Source: a bacterium
GTDB lineage: Bacteria > Electryoneota > JAOADG01
Reading direction: 5' to 3'
Assembly: GCA_026417415.1 (NCBI GenBank)
Contig: JAOADG010000001.1
Coordinates: 6,671-70,670 of the forward strand
Length of the DNA stretch: 64,000 bases
The notes below the pieces were generated by a model. That model worked only from the letters and a program-made list of their open reading frames with translations. It had not been told where the DNA came from and ran no database searches. Each line of letters starts with the position of its first letter. Position 1 is the first letter of the stretch. Of the stretch, positions 9,741 through 19,379 are shown piece after piece. The position numbers were made by a program, and so were the translations under genes.

Positions 9741-10676
9741 ATGAATTTATTTAAAATCGTCACATGGTTTACATTCATATTTCTTTTTCCTAATTTAAGC
9801 ATAAAAGCAAGTGTTGGAACCTCTGGATTTGATTTTCTAAGGCGTGAATTATCTGCAAGCAGCGTAGCACTGGGGAATGCAACGGTTGCACATCCTAAAA
9901 TTAGTAACATTAGTAGCAATCCTGCCTTCTTATCTTTTATCCAACAAACTGTTGTCAATGTTACCTACGTCCAATATCCCGTAAAAATCAATGCTGGACA
10001 ATGTATGTACAATACAATTGTAAGGAACATTCCAGTAGCCGCTAAAGTAATATACTTTGATTATGGAACATTTGAAAAAAGAACCAGTAGCGGAGAAAAA
10101 ATTGGTAGTTTTGGTGCTAATGATTGGATGATATCTGCTCTGATTGCGAAACATTGGAAAAATATCCATTTTGGTGGTGAATTTGGTTTTGTTCATTCAT
10201 CAATAGAAAACTATTCTGCTTCAGCAATCCTTGGGAATTTTGGTGTTGTGTATGTTTTGCCCAAAAATTGGAACGCTAAAATTGGACTGGAAATGCGCAA
10301 CATTGGTGTCAATACAAAAAAGTACGTTACTTCTCCTACGAAATTGCCCACATCAATCAAATTTGGTGGAACCAAAAAATTAGAACACCTACCATTAACT
10401 TTGTTAATTCAAGGTATGAAATGGAATGATACTGAAATGTATTTTTCTGCAGGTGTAGATATAGAAATTAGTGATTTTATAGCTTTACGAGGTGGTTATA
10501 GTACATTAGGAAACGAACAAAAATCACTAGGAACAAAAGAGTCAACTGCAGGTTTTACAATGGGACTTGGGTTAAAAGTGAAAGAATATGCATTCGATTT
10601 TGCTTATGAACTACAAGGAATAGTGGGTGAAAAAGTTTACCTTCAATTCAACTGGCTCCCCCTCAAACTCCATTAA
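9741..10676 (+). CDS. Outer-membrane beta-barrel protein, PorV/PorQ-like
   Basis: Signal peptide from MNLFKIVTWFTFIFLFPNLSIKA (ATG at 9741; the ORF track starts at 9717). GFDFLRRELSASSVALGNATVA resembles the PorV-family N-terminal motif. The remainder shows an alternating beta-strand pattern. Confidence 0.45.
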   Translation: MNLFKIVTWFTFIFLFPNLSIKASVGTSGFDFLRRELSASSVALGNATVAHPKISNISSNPAFLSFIQQTVVNVTYVQYPVKINAGQCMYNTIVRNIPVAAKVIYFDYGTFEKRTSSGEKIGSFGANDWMISALIAKHWKNIHFGGEFGFVHSSIENYSASAILGNFGVVYVLPKNWNAKIGLEMRNIGVNTKKYVTSPTKLPTSIKFGGTKKLEHLPLTLLIQGMKWNDTEMYFSAGVDIEISDFIALRGGYSTLGNEQKSLGTKESTAGFTMGLGLKVKEYAFDFAYELQGIVGEKVYLQFNWLPLKLH

Positions 10677-10710
10677 ACATTTTAATGTTTAACTTGTCCA
10701 ATAGTAAAGA

Positions 10711-11271
10711 ATGATACAGAACGAACAAGAGATCATTTCCGCAGCAGTTCGCGGAAACCATCAAGCTTTTAATCAATTGGTGATAGAGTATCAAGAACAA
10801 GCCCTTATGCTTGCTTTACGTTTATTAAGAAATCAGAAAGATGCAGAAGATGTTGTTCAAAATGCATTTATAAAAATTTGGGAAGAACTAAGTACCTTTC
10901 GTGGCGAAAGTAAGTTTTCTTCTTGGCTTTACAGAATCGTTTACAATATGTCACTAAATAAATTAAAAAGTAGAGCGATTAGAAATTTTTTAAGAATACA
11001 GGAAGATTATGACGAAGAAGATTTTGAAACGATTACCTTAGTTAATCCAGATGATAATCCTGAACAAAAATTGATAGAAAAAGAAAAAAAAGAAAGGTTG
11101 GAACAAGCCATTAGAAAATTGTCAATGAAGCAAAGAACCATATTTATTATGCGAGTAGAACAAGGTTTATCAAATGCTGAAATAGCAGAAATTACTGGAA
11201 AATCAGAAGGTTCAGTGAAAGCGAATTTAAGTTTTGCATTAGCAAAATTAAAAAAACTTTTAGAAGAATAA
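10711..11271 (+). CDS. RNA polymerase ECF (sigma-70 family group IV) sigma factor
   Basis: 186 aa. Region 2 (DAEDVVQNAFIKIWEEL...FSSWLYRIVYN) and region 4 HTH (RTIFIMRVEQGLSNAEIAEITGKSEGSVKANL). Confidence 0.85.
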   Translation: MIQNEQEIISAAVRGNHQAFNQLVIEYQEQALMLALRLLRNQKDAEDVVQNAFIKIWEELSTFRGESKFSSWLYRIVYNMSLNKLKSRAIRNFLRIQEDYDEEDFETITLVNPDDNPEQKLIEKEKKERLEQAIRKLSMKQRTIFIMRVEQGLSNAEIAEITGKSEGSVKANLSFALAKLKKLLEE

Positions 11272-11292
11272 AGAATAATTATAGAGCGAAAA

Positions 11293-11748
11293 ATGAATCA
11301 AGAAAAAGAAAATCAGTTACTCGAGTGGGCAAAATCGTTACCACTTTCTGGACCTCAAAAATTGCCTGATGGGATAAAAGAACGTGTATTTTTAGCTATC
11401 CAAGAAAAAATTGATCTGAAACAAACAAGACGTAAAACCCTTGAATTTTTGCAACCAGTATATATGGTAGGTCTTTCAATTATTTTGGTAACATTATTAT
11501 TGACCAACGATTTAATCAATCATCAATTGCCTACATTTGTTCAGCAGGTCCAAATTGAACCAGATGAAGCCATTGATGTGATTTTTGACGTTCTGAATGA
11601 AAATCAAGAAACAGATTTATCAGATGAGAACCTACAATATAATCAATTGATATTGGAACACGGGATTACAAAATTAGATCGCAATGAGTTGGATCATATT
11701 TTAGAACAGGTCGCAAAAGAGATTGAAAAAGAGTGGAGTGAGATATGA
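11293..11748 (+). CDS. Putative anti-sigma factor (single-pass membrane protein)
   Basis: 151 aa with one TM helix (VYMVGLSIILVTLLLT). Lies directly downstream of the ECF sigma gene and overlaps the next gene by 4 nt. Called from position only. Confidence 0.4.
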   Translation: MNQEKENQLLEWAKSLPLSGPQKLPDGIKERVFLAIQEKIDLKQTRRKTLEFLQPVYMVGLSIILVTLLLTNDLINHQLPTFVQQVQIEPDEAIDVIFDVLNENQETDLSDENLQYNQLILEHGITKLDRNELDHILEQVAKEIEKEWSEI

Positions 11749-12278
11749 AATTTTCAATATTATTAAGTTTACTTTTTTGGTTACCTATTATCACATTTGC
11801 ACAAATGGATGAAGGAGAACCACCACCGGATGAATTACCTCCTGTACCTCCAGATTGGAGTGAAAAATTTTATACTGTATTAGTAGCACAAATGACGAAG
11901 GTATTGGATATTAAACCCAATCAAGCAACAAACTTTTTTCCTACCTTCAATCAATTTTACAACGACTTTATGGAATTAAAAAAAGATGAACGTGAAATCA
12001 TGGTTAAATTACGAAGAATGGGTGCTCCTAATTCGGAAGCAACTTCTGCTGAAGTTTCTAAAACCTTAAAATCTTTTCAACAGTTGCAGGAAAAGAAATT
12101 GAAACTATTGGATCGTTTCTTAGAGTTTTCTGTGAACCATTTGGAACCATGGCAAGCTGCACGGATACATCCTTTTTTGATGAGATTTAACGAACGCATT
12201 GAACAAGCAGTCAGAGAACGAGTGAGAGAAAAAATGCACGAACAAAATCCAAGAAGAATGCATCGTATGAGGCCTTAA
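11745..12278 (+). CDS. Secreted periplasmic helical protein, Spy/CpxP-like (periplasmic heavy-metal-sensor family type)
   Basis: 177 aa with signal peptide MKFSILLSLLFWLPIITFA. The helical, charged body (ATNFFPTFNQFYNDFMELKKDEREIM) resembles the third gene of sigma / anti-sigma / Spy-like triads. Confidence 0.4.
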   Translation: MKFSILLSLLFWLPIITFAQMDEGEPPPDELPPVPPDWSEKFYTVLVAQMTKVLDIKPNQATNFFPTFNQFYNDFMELKKDEREIMVKLRRMGAPNSEATSAEVSKTLKSFQQLQEKKLKLLDRFLEFSVNHLEPWQAARIHPFLMRFNERIEQAVRERVREKMHEQNPRRMHRMRP

Positions 12279-13045
12279 TGGAACTACGTAAGAAAAAACC
12301 AATGATTGCAATCTCACCGTCTATTTGTCAGAGAGAAACAATTGAATACCATAGTGCAAATGGTTCTTTTCGTAATTATACAGAGACCGCAGTATTACAA
12401 AGTGCATATACCAATTGGATTGAAAGTGCAGGTGGAATCCCGATAACTATTCCAGTTTTGAAATTTACTTCTCAAATTCATGAATTTTTAGAAAGTTTAG
12501 ATGGAGTTTTGCTTTCAGGTGGCGAAGATTTAGCCCCTTCATTTTATCACGAAGCACCAATAAACGATTACTGTAAAGGTGACTTGAGAAGAACATGGTA
12601 TGAAACAGCCATAATTCGAGAAGCAATCAAACTGAATAAACCCATTTTTGGAATTTGTCGAGGTATCCAACAACTAAATGTCGTTTTAGGAGGAACCTTG
12701 TATCAGGATATTCCAATCCAAATTGGATATGAGATCAATCATTCTCAAAGTGGCGTATTGTACGCACATCCTGTTCGAGTTTGTTGGAATAAAATTTCAA
12801 AAAATATTTTTGAAAAAGATACCTTCCAAACCAATTCTTCACATCATCAAGCGATTAAAGATATCGGAAGCAACGGGATAACATTAGCTGTTACCTTTGA
12901 TGGTGTCATAGAGGCGATGGCTTGGCCACAGTTCAATATTCTCGGTGTGCAGTGGCATCCAGAAAGAATGGATCAAGATGAACTTTCTAAAAAATTAGCG
13001 AGTATCTTTATTGATATTTGTACAAGGCAATTTTCTTTATGGTAA
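12278..13045 (+). CDS. Class I glutamine amidotransferase, peptidase C26 (gamma-glutamyl-GABA hydrolase family)
   Basis: 255 aa. Nucleophile elbow GICRGIQQLNVVLGGTLYQDI and C-terminal GVQWHPE are hallmark C26/GATase1 motifs. Confidence 0.8.
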   Translation: MELRKKKPMIAISPSICQRETIEYHSANGSFRNYTETAVLQSAYTNWIESAGGIPITIPVLKFTSQIHEFLESLDGVLLSGGEDLAPSFYHEAPINDYCKGDLRRTWYETAIIREAIKLNKPIFGICRGIQQLNVVLGGTLYQDIPIQIGYEINHSQSGVLYAHPVRVCWNKISKNIFEKDTFQTNSSHHQAIKDIGSNGITLAVTFDGVIEAMAWPQFNILGVQWHPERMDQDELSKKLASIFIDICTRQFSLW

Positions 13046-14070
13046 AAAATGTTTCAATCCAAGCACTTGAATGGCTAACAGATTCAACTCCGATCATTGC
13101 TCATTTAATTTTTGCTGTTGGTGAAGATGAATGGGTATTTGAAAAAATTCTGCATCGTTTGAAGACACTATTAGAGATTTCATCGGACGAGTACGGGACC
13201 CAATCCATTCATTTAGAAGAAACAAATCCTGAAGAAATTACCAATGCGATTCATACCGATTCTTTTTTCAATGTTGGTAACAGAATTGTATTTCTCCGTG
13301 GGCTTCCTTCAGGTAAGCAAAGTAAAGTGAAGGAAATTTTAAAAGAGAGTTTGAATCATCTATCCGATGCTTCTTTATATTTTATTTGGCTAATAAATGA
13401 ATTTGATCCTTACAAAAAACCACGGATATATCCATACACTGAAATTACTCCAGAAGTAATCATTCGTTTTGATGAACGATCGGATGAAATGATGTTAAAA
13501 TGGACGAAATATATTGCGAATGAATTAAAACTGGTGATGTCACCAAAAATGATGAATCAAATTGCTATGTCTGCAAAGTATCCGTATGAGATTAACAGTT
13601 ATTTGACTCAAATTTCTGTTTGGGCATCGCAGGATGGGTATGTTGATGATAATGTCATCACAAAATTAGCACTTGGCGAAATCGAATCAGCAACAGAAGA
13701 AGTCGCATTTTATCTATTATTAGGAAATCAAAAAAAAATGATGGAGACGTTGTACCGATTGGATCAACAACACCTACAAAAAAATGTAACTTCTATGGTT
13801 TGGCAATTATCTGCTATTTTGTTTGAAGTATGGTATATGATTACTAAGACAGAAACCAGCGAAAAACGATGGACACCATTTTACCGCATACTCAATGATT
13901 TAGAAAAATCTAAACAAAAGATTACAGAAAACGCGATTTGGAGCACCCTAAAGGACCTTGCTGAGTTGGACTTGTCTTTGAAATCAACCGGTTCTTATCA
14001 ACAGGGAACACGTTTGTTAGTCCAAACTTTAATTCCTGCAGTATCCAGATTTCAAGCGGGAACGAAATAA
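13039..14070 (+). CDS. holA: Putative DNA polymerase III delta subunit
   Basis: 343 aa from ATG 13039. Size and N-terminal pattern (IFAVGEDEWVFEKILHRL ... DSFFNVGNRIVFLRGL) fit HolA, but the similarity is weak and judged by eye. Confidence 0.45.
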   Translation: MVKNVSIQALEWLTDSTPIIAHLIFAVGEDEWVFEKILHRLKTLLEISSDEYGTQSIHLEETNPEEITNAIHTDSFFNVGNRIVFLRGLPSGKQSKVKEILKESLNHLSDASLYFIWLINEFDPYKKPRIYPYTEITPEVIIRFDERSDEMMLKWTKYIANELKLVMSPKMMNQIAMSAKYPYEINSYLTQISVWASQDGYVDDNVITKLALGEIESATEEVAFYLLLGNQKKMMETLYRLDQQHLQKNVTSMVWQLSAILFEVWYMITKTETSEKRWTPFYRILNDLEKSKQKITENAIWSTLKDLAELDLSLKSTGSYQQGTRLLVQTLIPAVSRFQAGTK

Positions 14071-14151
14071 ACCTTTGAAGCGTTTTAAGAGTATGAACAA
14101 CATAAACAACTTGCCGTATTGAATGTAAAATTTCAAGTACTTGAGGAAAGT

Positions 14152-14739
14152 ATGGGTTTACCAGCAAGAGATTGGCTCGAGAGTAAAAACAACCAAGAAC
14201 TTATGATATTATTCCAAAACGGTGAAGAATCTGCATTTGACACGTTGATGCAAAGATTTCAAGATCCTTTGTATTCTTTTATAGTCAGAATGCTAAATGA
14301 TAAGAATTGTGCAAGAGATATTTTGCAAGACACATTTTTAAAAGTTTGGGAAAAACGTCATCAATACAAAGAAATTGGACAATTTTCAACTTGGGTTTAC
14401 ACCATCGCTACGAATTTAGTGAGAACTGAATTAAGAAAAAGGAAGATTAGAAGATGGATTCCCTTATCTACTCGCGATAGTAATGAGTTAGAGATTGATC
14501 CACAAGATCCAAATGCAGGTCCAGAAGAATTGGCAAATAGTAGCGATTTACGTGTAAAGATCAATCAAGCATTAAAAAAATTGCCAGTTGAGTATCGTGA
14601 AGTGATCATACTACGAGACATAAATGATTTATCTTATGAAGAAGTTGCACAAGTATTGAAAATCCCTTTGGGAACAGTAAAATCAAGAGTGAATCGTGGA
14701 AGACAAAAAATGCAGGAGATGCTTAAAGAATATTTGTAA
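14152..14739 (+). CDS. RNA polymerase ECF sigma factor (second copy)
   Basis: ATG at 14152 preceded by GAGGAAAG (the ORF track begins at TTG 14119). Region 2 ARDILQDTFLKVWEKR...FSTWVYTIATN and region 4 REVIILRDINDLSYEEVAQVLKIPLGTVKSRV. Confidence 0.85.
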   Translation: MGLPARDWLESKNNQELMILFQNGEESAFDTLMQRFQDPLYSFIVRMLNDKNCARDILQDTFLKVWEKRHQYKEIGQFSTWVYTIATNLVRTELRKRKIRRWIPLSTRDSNELEIDPQDPNAGPEELANSSDLRVKINQALKKLPVEYREVIILRDINDLSYEEVAQVLKIPLGTVKSRVNRGRQKMQEMLKEYL

Positions 14740-14750
14740 ACGAGGAAAAA

Positions 14751-15266
14751 ATGAATTGTTCAGAATTTGAAAAGAATTTTTTAGATGCAAAAAATCATAA
14801 GTTAAATGTTACACTTCAAGACGATTGGAATAAACACAAAGAAGAGTGTAAACAATGTCAAGCTTATTCTGAAAAAGTGGATTATTATCGAAAACGGTTA
14901 CAAACATTAGGTTTTGAAAGTGTGCCCTATCCTGTTACAAAGAGCGATGTGCTTTACCGATTTAGAAAAAAGAGAAGTGAAAAGAAAAAAAGTTATTTAG
15001 TTCAGACGCTTAGTTTTGCTACAGGAACTGTAGTAGGAGCACTTTTGTTTTTAACTCTTGTTTCCAATAAACTAACAAACCTAAAAGAAAATTCTATTCA
15101 ACAACCAGTACCTTTGGTTCAAGAAGCACCGCAGTCCAAACAAATCAAGGAATCCAATGTTGTCGAAAATAAGAATTCTATAGTGGATACTTTAGAGAAT
15201 CAGAAAAATATCCACAAGTTGCCTAAAAGTTTTGATAAAAAATTTCAAATTGTGTCAGGTCAATAG
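14751..15266 (+). CDS. Anti-sigma factor with N-terminal zf-HC2-like motif and one TM helix
   Basis: 171 aa. NCSEFEKNF...HKEECKQCQ gives the Cys/His pattern of zf-HC2 anti-sigma domains. TM helix LSFATGTVVGALLFLTLV. Lies immediately after the ECF sigma gene. Confidence 0.55.
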   Translation: MNCSEFEKNFLDAKNHKLNVTLQDDWNKHKEECKQCQAYSEKVDYYRKRLQTLGFESVPYPVTKSDVLYRFRKKRSEKKKSYLVQTLSFATGTVVGALLFLTLVSNKLTNLKENSIQQPVPLVQEAPQSKQIKESNVVENKNSIVDTLENQKNIHKLPKSFDKKFQIVSGQ

Positions 15267-15283
15267 ACGTTTTAACGATAGGT

Positions 15284-15314
15284 AAAGGGCGCTTTTAGCG
15301 CCCTTTCGTATTTT
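15284..15314 (+). terminator. Rho-independent terminator
   Basis: AAAGGGCGC (15284-15292), loop TTTTA, GCGCCCTTT (15298-15306), followed by a T-rich CGTATTTTA. It is a GC-rich 9-bp stem in AT-rich DNA, right after the anti-sigma stop. Confidence 0.7.
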
Positions 15315-15335
15315 ATATAACTTGGAACAAAAATC

Positions 15336-16499
15336 ATGCGAGTACTAATTCTTGTTTTAGACGGTGTCGGTTGTGGAGAAGCACCTGATGCAGTTCTTTA
15401 CAACGATGTTGGATCAAACACTTTAAGTAATCTTGCAAAATTAAGACCGTTATTCTTACCAAATCTTCAGAAATTAGGTTTGGGCAATACAACGAAAATT
15501 TGTGGTGTGCAACCAACGGAATCAGTGGGTTGTTGGGGTATTTTGAAACCTAAATCTGCCGGAAAAGATTCGACTACAGGTCATTGGGAAATTGCAGGTT
15601 TAATCACTCATACACCTTTTCCCGTATTTCCAAATGGTTTTCCTGAAGAAGTCATTCAAAAGATTAGAGAGATTTCTCAAAGAAATTGTATCGGCAATTG
15701 CGTTGCATCAGGTACAGAAATCATTCAACGTTTAGGTGATGAACATATTCAAAGTGGCGCCCTTATTGTTTATACATCAGCTGATTCTGTTTTACAAATT
15801 GCAGCCCATGAAGAAGTTGTTCCGTTAGAAGAATTGTACCAAATTTGTAATACAATTCGAAATGAGTTCTTTGATGGACCCTATGCCGTCGGTCGTGTGA
15901 TTGCAAGACCCTTTTTAGGAACTACCAACCATTATTATCGCACGAAAAATAGGCACGATTGGACTTTGGATCCTAAAGGAACGACGGTTTTAGATGAACT
16001 TAAAAAAAATGGAATATCAGTGACTTCAATCGGAAAGGTGTATGATTTGTTTAATGGAAAAGGGTTTACAAACTCTCGTCCTACGAAAACCAATCGTGAT
16101 AGTATTCAAGAAATTCTCTCGTGGCTTTATTCAAATGAAACTGGTATCGCATTTGCAAACTTGATTGACTTTGACCAACTTTATGGACACAGAAATGATA
16201 TTGAAGGTTTTGCAAATGCATTAGAACAATTTGATGCTGATTTGTATCAAATTCTTTGTCATATACGAAAAGAGGATATTCTAATCATTACATCGGATCA
16301 CGGCAACGATCCGACTACTCCTTCAACAGATCATTCTCGAGAATGTGTCCCTTTACTTGTATTCGGTGATAGAATCAGAAAAAATTATTTTATTGGTATT
16401 CGGGAAACTTATGCGGATATTGCGAAAACAATAGCAGATAGATTTGATATTTCTTGGAACGGAGACGGTACATCTTTTTGGAAAGATATAGCATTATGA
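15336..16499 (+). CDS. deoB: Phosphopentomutase
   Basis: 387 aa. N-terminal MRVLILVLDGVGCGEAPDA, TTGHWEIAG and TSDHGNDPT are signature DeoB (alkaline-phosphatase superfamily) motifs. Confidence 0.9.
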   Translation: MRVLILVLDGVGCGEAPDAVLYNDVGSNTLSNLAKLRPLFLPNLQKLGLGNTTKICGVQPTESVGCWGILKPKSAGKDSTTGHWEIAGLITHTPFPVFPNGFPEEVIQKIREISQRNCIGNCVASGTEIIQRLGDEHIQSGALIVYTSADSVLQIAAHEEVVPLEELYQICNTIRNEFFDGPYAVGRVIARPFLGTTNHYYRTKNRHDWTLDPKGTTVLDELKKNGISVTSIGKVYDLFNGKGFTNSRPTKTNRDSIQEILSWLYSNETGIAFANLIDFDQLYGHRNDIEGFANALEQFDADLYQILCHIRKEDILIITSDHGNDPTTPSTDHSRECVPLLVFGDRIRKNYFIGIRETYADIAKTIADRFDISWNGDGTSFWKDIAL

Positions 16500-17089
16500 T
16501 TTGGGTAATTGGAACCACTAATCCTAACAAATTTTCAGAAATTGTTCATATCTTAAACTCTCTTCCCGTTCAATTTATGTCTATCTCAAATTGGAATGTA
16601 ATCGAACCTGAAGAAATTGGAACATCTCTATTAGAAAATGCTCAAATTAAATCAAGATATTATCATAGAATGACTAAACAATTATGTATTGCAGACGATA
16701 CTGGACTTTTTGTCGAAGCTTTGAATGGTGAACCGGGGATTTATGCTGCAAGGTACGCGGGTGAAAATTCTACCTACAAAGAAAATAGAGTAAAATTAAT
16801 TGAGCGTTTAAAACCTTATCCACAACCCTGGCGAGCGTATTTTGAAACTGTAATTAGCATTACTTGGAAAGACGGTGAATGGCACGGAAGCGGAATTGCA
16901 AAAGGAAGAATAATTCCAGAAGAGCGTGGTTCGTTGGGTTTTGGATACGATCCTATTTTTATTCCCGATGGATGGAACAAGACATTTGCTGAAATGAGTG
17001 AATTAGAAAAAAATTCAATTTCTCATAGGTATCTAGCGTTAATAAAAATTTTAGATGCGGTCTCTAAAAATAGAATTCCAATTTATTAG
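16496..17089 (+). CDS. rdgB: Non-canonical purine NTP pyrophosphatase (dITP/XTP pyrophosphatase, HAM1/RdgB family)
   Basis: ATG at 16496 overlaps the deoB TGA (ATGA). VIGTTNPNKFSEI, ADDTGLFVEALNGEPGIYAARYAG and GFGYDPIFIP...EKN.ISHR are RdgB motifs. Confidence 0.85.
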   Translation: MIWVIGTTNPNKFSEIVHILNSLPVQFMSISNWNVIEPEEIGTSLLENAQIKSRYYHRMTKQLCIADDTGLFVEALNGEPGIYAARYAGENSTYKENRVKLIERLKPYPQPWRAYFETVISITWKDGEWHGSGIAKGRIIPEERGSLGFGYDPIFIPDGWNKTFAEMSELEKNSISHRYLALIKILDAVSKNRIPIY

Positions 17090-17092
17090 ATT

Positions 17093-18253
17093 ATGAACAG
17101 AATTTATTTAGATCACGCAGCCACTACACCATTGCATTCAAGTGTAATTGAAGCGATTAACCGTTCAATTCGCGAAGCTTGGGGGAATCCCAGTTCGTTG
17201 CATTTTGAAGGTAGAACTGCAAGAAAATACCGTGAACAAGCAAGAGAGCAAGTAGCTGCGCTACTGCAATGTTCACCTGAAGAAATCTATTTTACAAGTA
17301 GTGGAAGTGAGTCGGATCAATGGGCTATTCAAGGCACGATCTCAATAGTCCAAAAAGAAAAAAAACAACCAAGAATAATAGTTGGTGAAATAGAGCATTC
17401 AGCAGTTAGAAACATTTGTAAGAAATTTCAATCTTGGGGGTTTGATGTTCAATGGTTAAAACCAGATAAATGGGGAAGATATCAAGTTGATGGTTTAGCA
17501 CAATTGTTAAATTCAGATACTATTTTGGTATCATTAATGTATTGCAACAACGAAATAGGTACGATACAAGAAATAGAGAAATTATGTGAATTAAGTCATC
17601 GTGTCGGAGCATTATTTCATACGGATGCTGTCCAAGCATTAGGGAAATTGCCATCTCCAATTTTATACAAACCAGATTTAGTATCCATTTCTGCACATAA
17701 GATCAATGGTCCTAAAGGTGTCGGTGCATTGTACATACGAAGTGGAATTAAGTTTTCACCATGGATAGCTGAAGCCAGTCAAGAAAAAGGGATGCATGCA
17801 GGTACAGAAGCCATGCCTGCCATTGTCGGATTTGGAGCTGCATGTGAATTATGGAATACTCATCAAAATGAATTTCAAAATCATTTAAGGAATATAAAAA
17901 GTGTATTTCTCAAGGAATTACAAAAAAACTGTGAAGATTACGAAATTATTTCACCAAATGAAAATTGTAGTGATACCATTGTCAATATCCGTTTTCCTGA
18001 GTTAGAAGCAGAGGCATTACTTTTGGGTTTTGATTTAGCAGGTGTGGCTGCATCTGCGGGCTCTGCTTGTGCAAGTGGTGCTTTGAAACCTTCGCCAGTA
18101 TTACTTAGTATTGGACTATCCGAAAAAGAGGCCAACGAATGTATAAGATTTAGTTTTGGACCATTTTTGACAGAAGAAGAAATTATACAAGCGGTACAGA
18201 GGATCACTCAAATTGTAAACAAGCAAAGAAAAATTCAAAAGGGAATTGGATAA
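17093..18253 (+). CDS. Cysteine desulfurase (NifS/IscS class I, PLP-dependent)
   Basis: 386 aa. IYLDHAATTP, PLP-lysine context SISAHKINGPKGVGALYIR, and active-site loop SAGSACASG. Confidence 0.85.
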   Translation: MNRIYLDHAATTPLHSSVIEAINRSIREAWGNPSSLHFEGRTARKYREQAREQVAALLQCSPEEIYFTSSGSESDQWAIQGTISIVQKEKKQPRIIVGEIEHSAVRNICKKFQSWGFDVQWLKPDKWGRYQVDGLAQLLNSDTILVSLMYCNNEIGTIQEIEKLCELSHRVGALFHTDAVQALGKLPSPILYKPDLVSISAHKINGPKGVGALYIRSGIKFSPWIAEASQEKGMHAGTEAMPAIVGFGAACELWNTHQNEFQNHLRNIKSVFLKELQKNCEDYEIISPNENCSDTIVNIRFPELEAEALLLGFDLAGVAASAGSACASGALKPSPVLLSIGLSEKEANECIRFSFGPFLTEEEIIQAVQRITQIVNKQRKIQKGIG

Positions 18254-19369
18254 GTGAACTTTGATGCTATTTTAAGAAAAAAAGAAAAATATGTTCTTCA
18301 TTTAAGAAATCAGTATAAAGGTGCAAGCGTATTGGTTGCAATGTCTGGTGGCGTGGATAGTTCCGTTGCCGCTTTTCTTTTAGCAGAAGCAGGGCTTAAA
18401 GTAATCGGAGTACATTTTCGACTAATAGAAAATTCATTAAATCAATCAAAAGGCTGCTGCCATACTGGAAGTGCAATAGATGTTCAACGTGTGTGTGATA
18501 GGATTGGCGCTTCATCTTATGTATGGAATTTAACCAATCAATTTCAGAGCAAAGTGATTGAGTATTTTGAAAATAGTTACTTTCATGGAGAAACACCAAA
18601 CCCTTGTATTGAATGCAATCGTGAGTTGAAATGGGGTGAAATGTGGAAGAGAAAATTATCTTTAGGGATTGATTTTATTGCTACAGGCCACTATGCAAGA
18701 ATGATTCAAATTTATGGAAAAAAATGGATAGCAAGAGCGACGGATTACAACAAAGACCAATCCTACGCATTATGGGTAATACCTGAAGAGAAAAGAGATA
18801 CAACCATTTTTCCATTGGGTATTTTTAGAAAGTCAGAAATTCGTACAATTGCTAATTTTTATCATTTACCTACTGCACATACCCCTGAAAGTCAAGATAT
18901 TTGTTTTTTAGCAGGTTCGGATTATCGTACTTGGTTAGCACAACGAAAGCAATCAAATCAATCAGGATGGATAAGGGATTCATCAGGACGGATCGTTGGA
19001 CAACATTCAGGAATTTTTAATTACACCATAGGACAAAGAAAGGGATTAGGAGGAGGTTTTTCTGAACCACAATACGTGATAGAAACTCGATTAGAAACTT
19101 CTGAAGTTATTATAGGAGATCTTGAACAGTTGTATTTTAAAGAAATTGTTATACGTGATGTGATTGGAATTATACCCAAACAGCCCGTTTTAGTACAAGT
19201 ACGATATAAAGATAAAGGTGTTCTTGCAAATGCAATTCCTCTCGAAAACAATGGTGCGAAAGTTATCTTTTTTGAACCTGTAAGAGCACCTGCTATTGGG
19301 CAAAGTGCAGTAGGATATATTGGAGACCGTTTAGTATTTGGTGGAATAATCCATCAAATCGATAAATAA
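18254..19369 (+). CDS. mnmA: tRNA 2-thiouridine(34) synthase
   Basis: 371 aa with a GTG start directly after the nifS stop. PP-loop VAMSGGVDSSVAA, NPCIECNRELKWG and DQSYAL motifs. Confidence 0.9.
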   Translation: MNFDAILRKKEKYVLHLRNQYKGASVLVAMSGGVDSSVAAFLLAEAGLKVIGVHFRLIENSLNQSKGCCHTGSAIDVQRVCDRIGASSYVWNLTNQFQSKVIEYFENSYFHGETPNPCIECNRELKWGEMWKRKLSLGIDFIATGHYARMIQIYGKKWIARATDYNKDQSYALWVIPEEKRDTTIFPLGIFRKSEIRTIANFYHLPTAHTPESQDICFLAGSDYRTWLAQRKQSNQSGWIRDSSGRIVGQHSGIFNYTIGQRKGLGGGFSEPQYVIETRLETSEVIIGDLEQLYFKEIVIRDVIGIIPKQPVLVQVRYKDKGVLANAIPLENNGAKVIFFEPVRAPAIGQSAVGYIGDRLVFGGIIHQIDK

Positions 19370-19379
19370 AGGCACATAT

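Noticed and set aside
10673-10691. The AT-rich palindrome TAAACATT-TT-AATGTTTA at the end of the PorV-like gene as a terminator.
   Set aside because: The stem is all A/T except one G-C pair, the loop is only 2 nt, and no T-tract follows. It is too weak to call.
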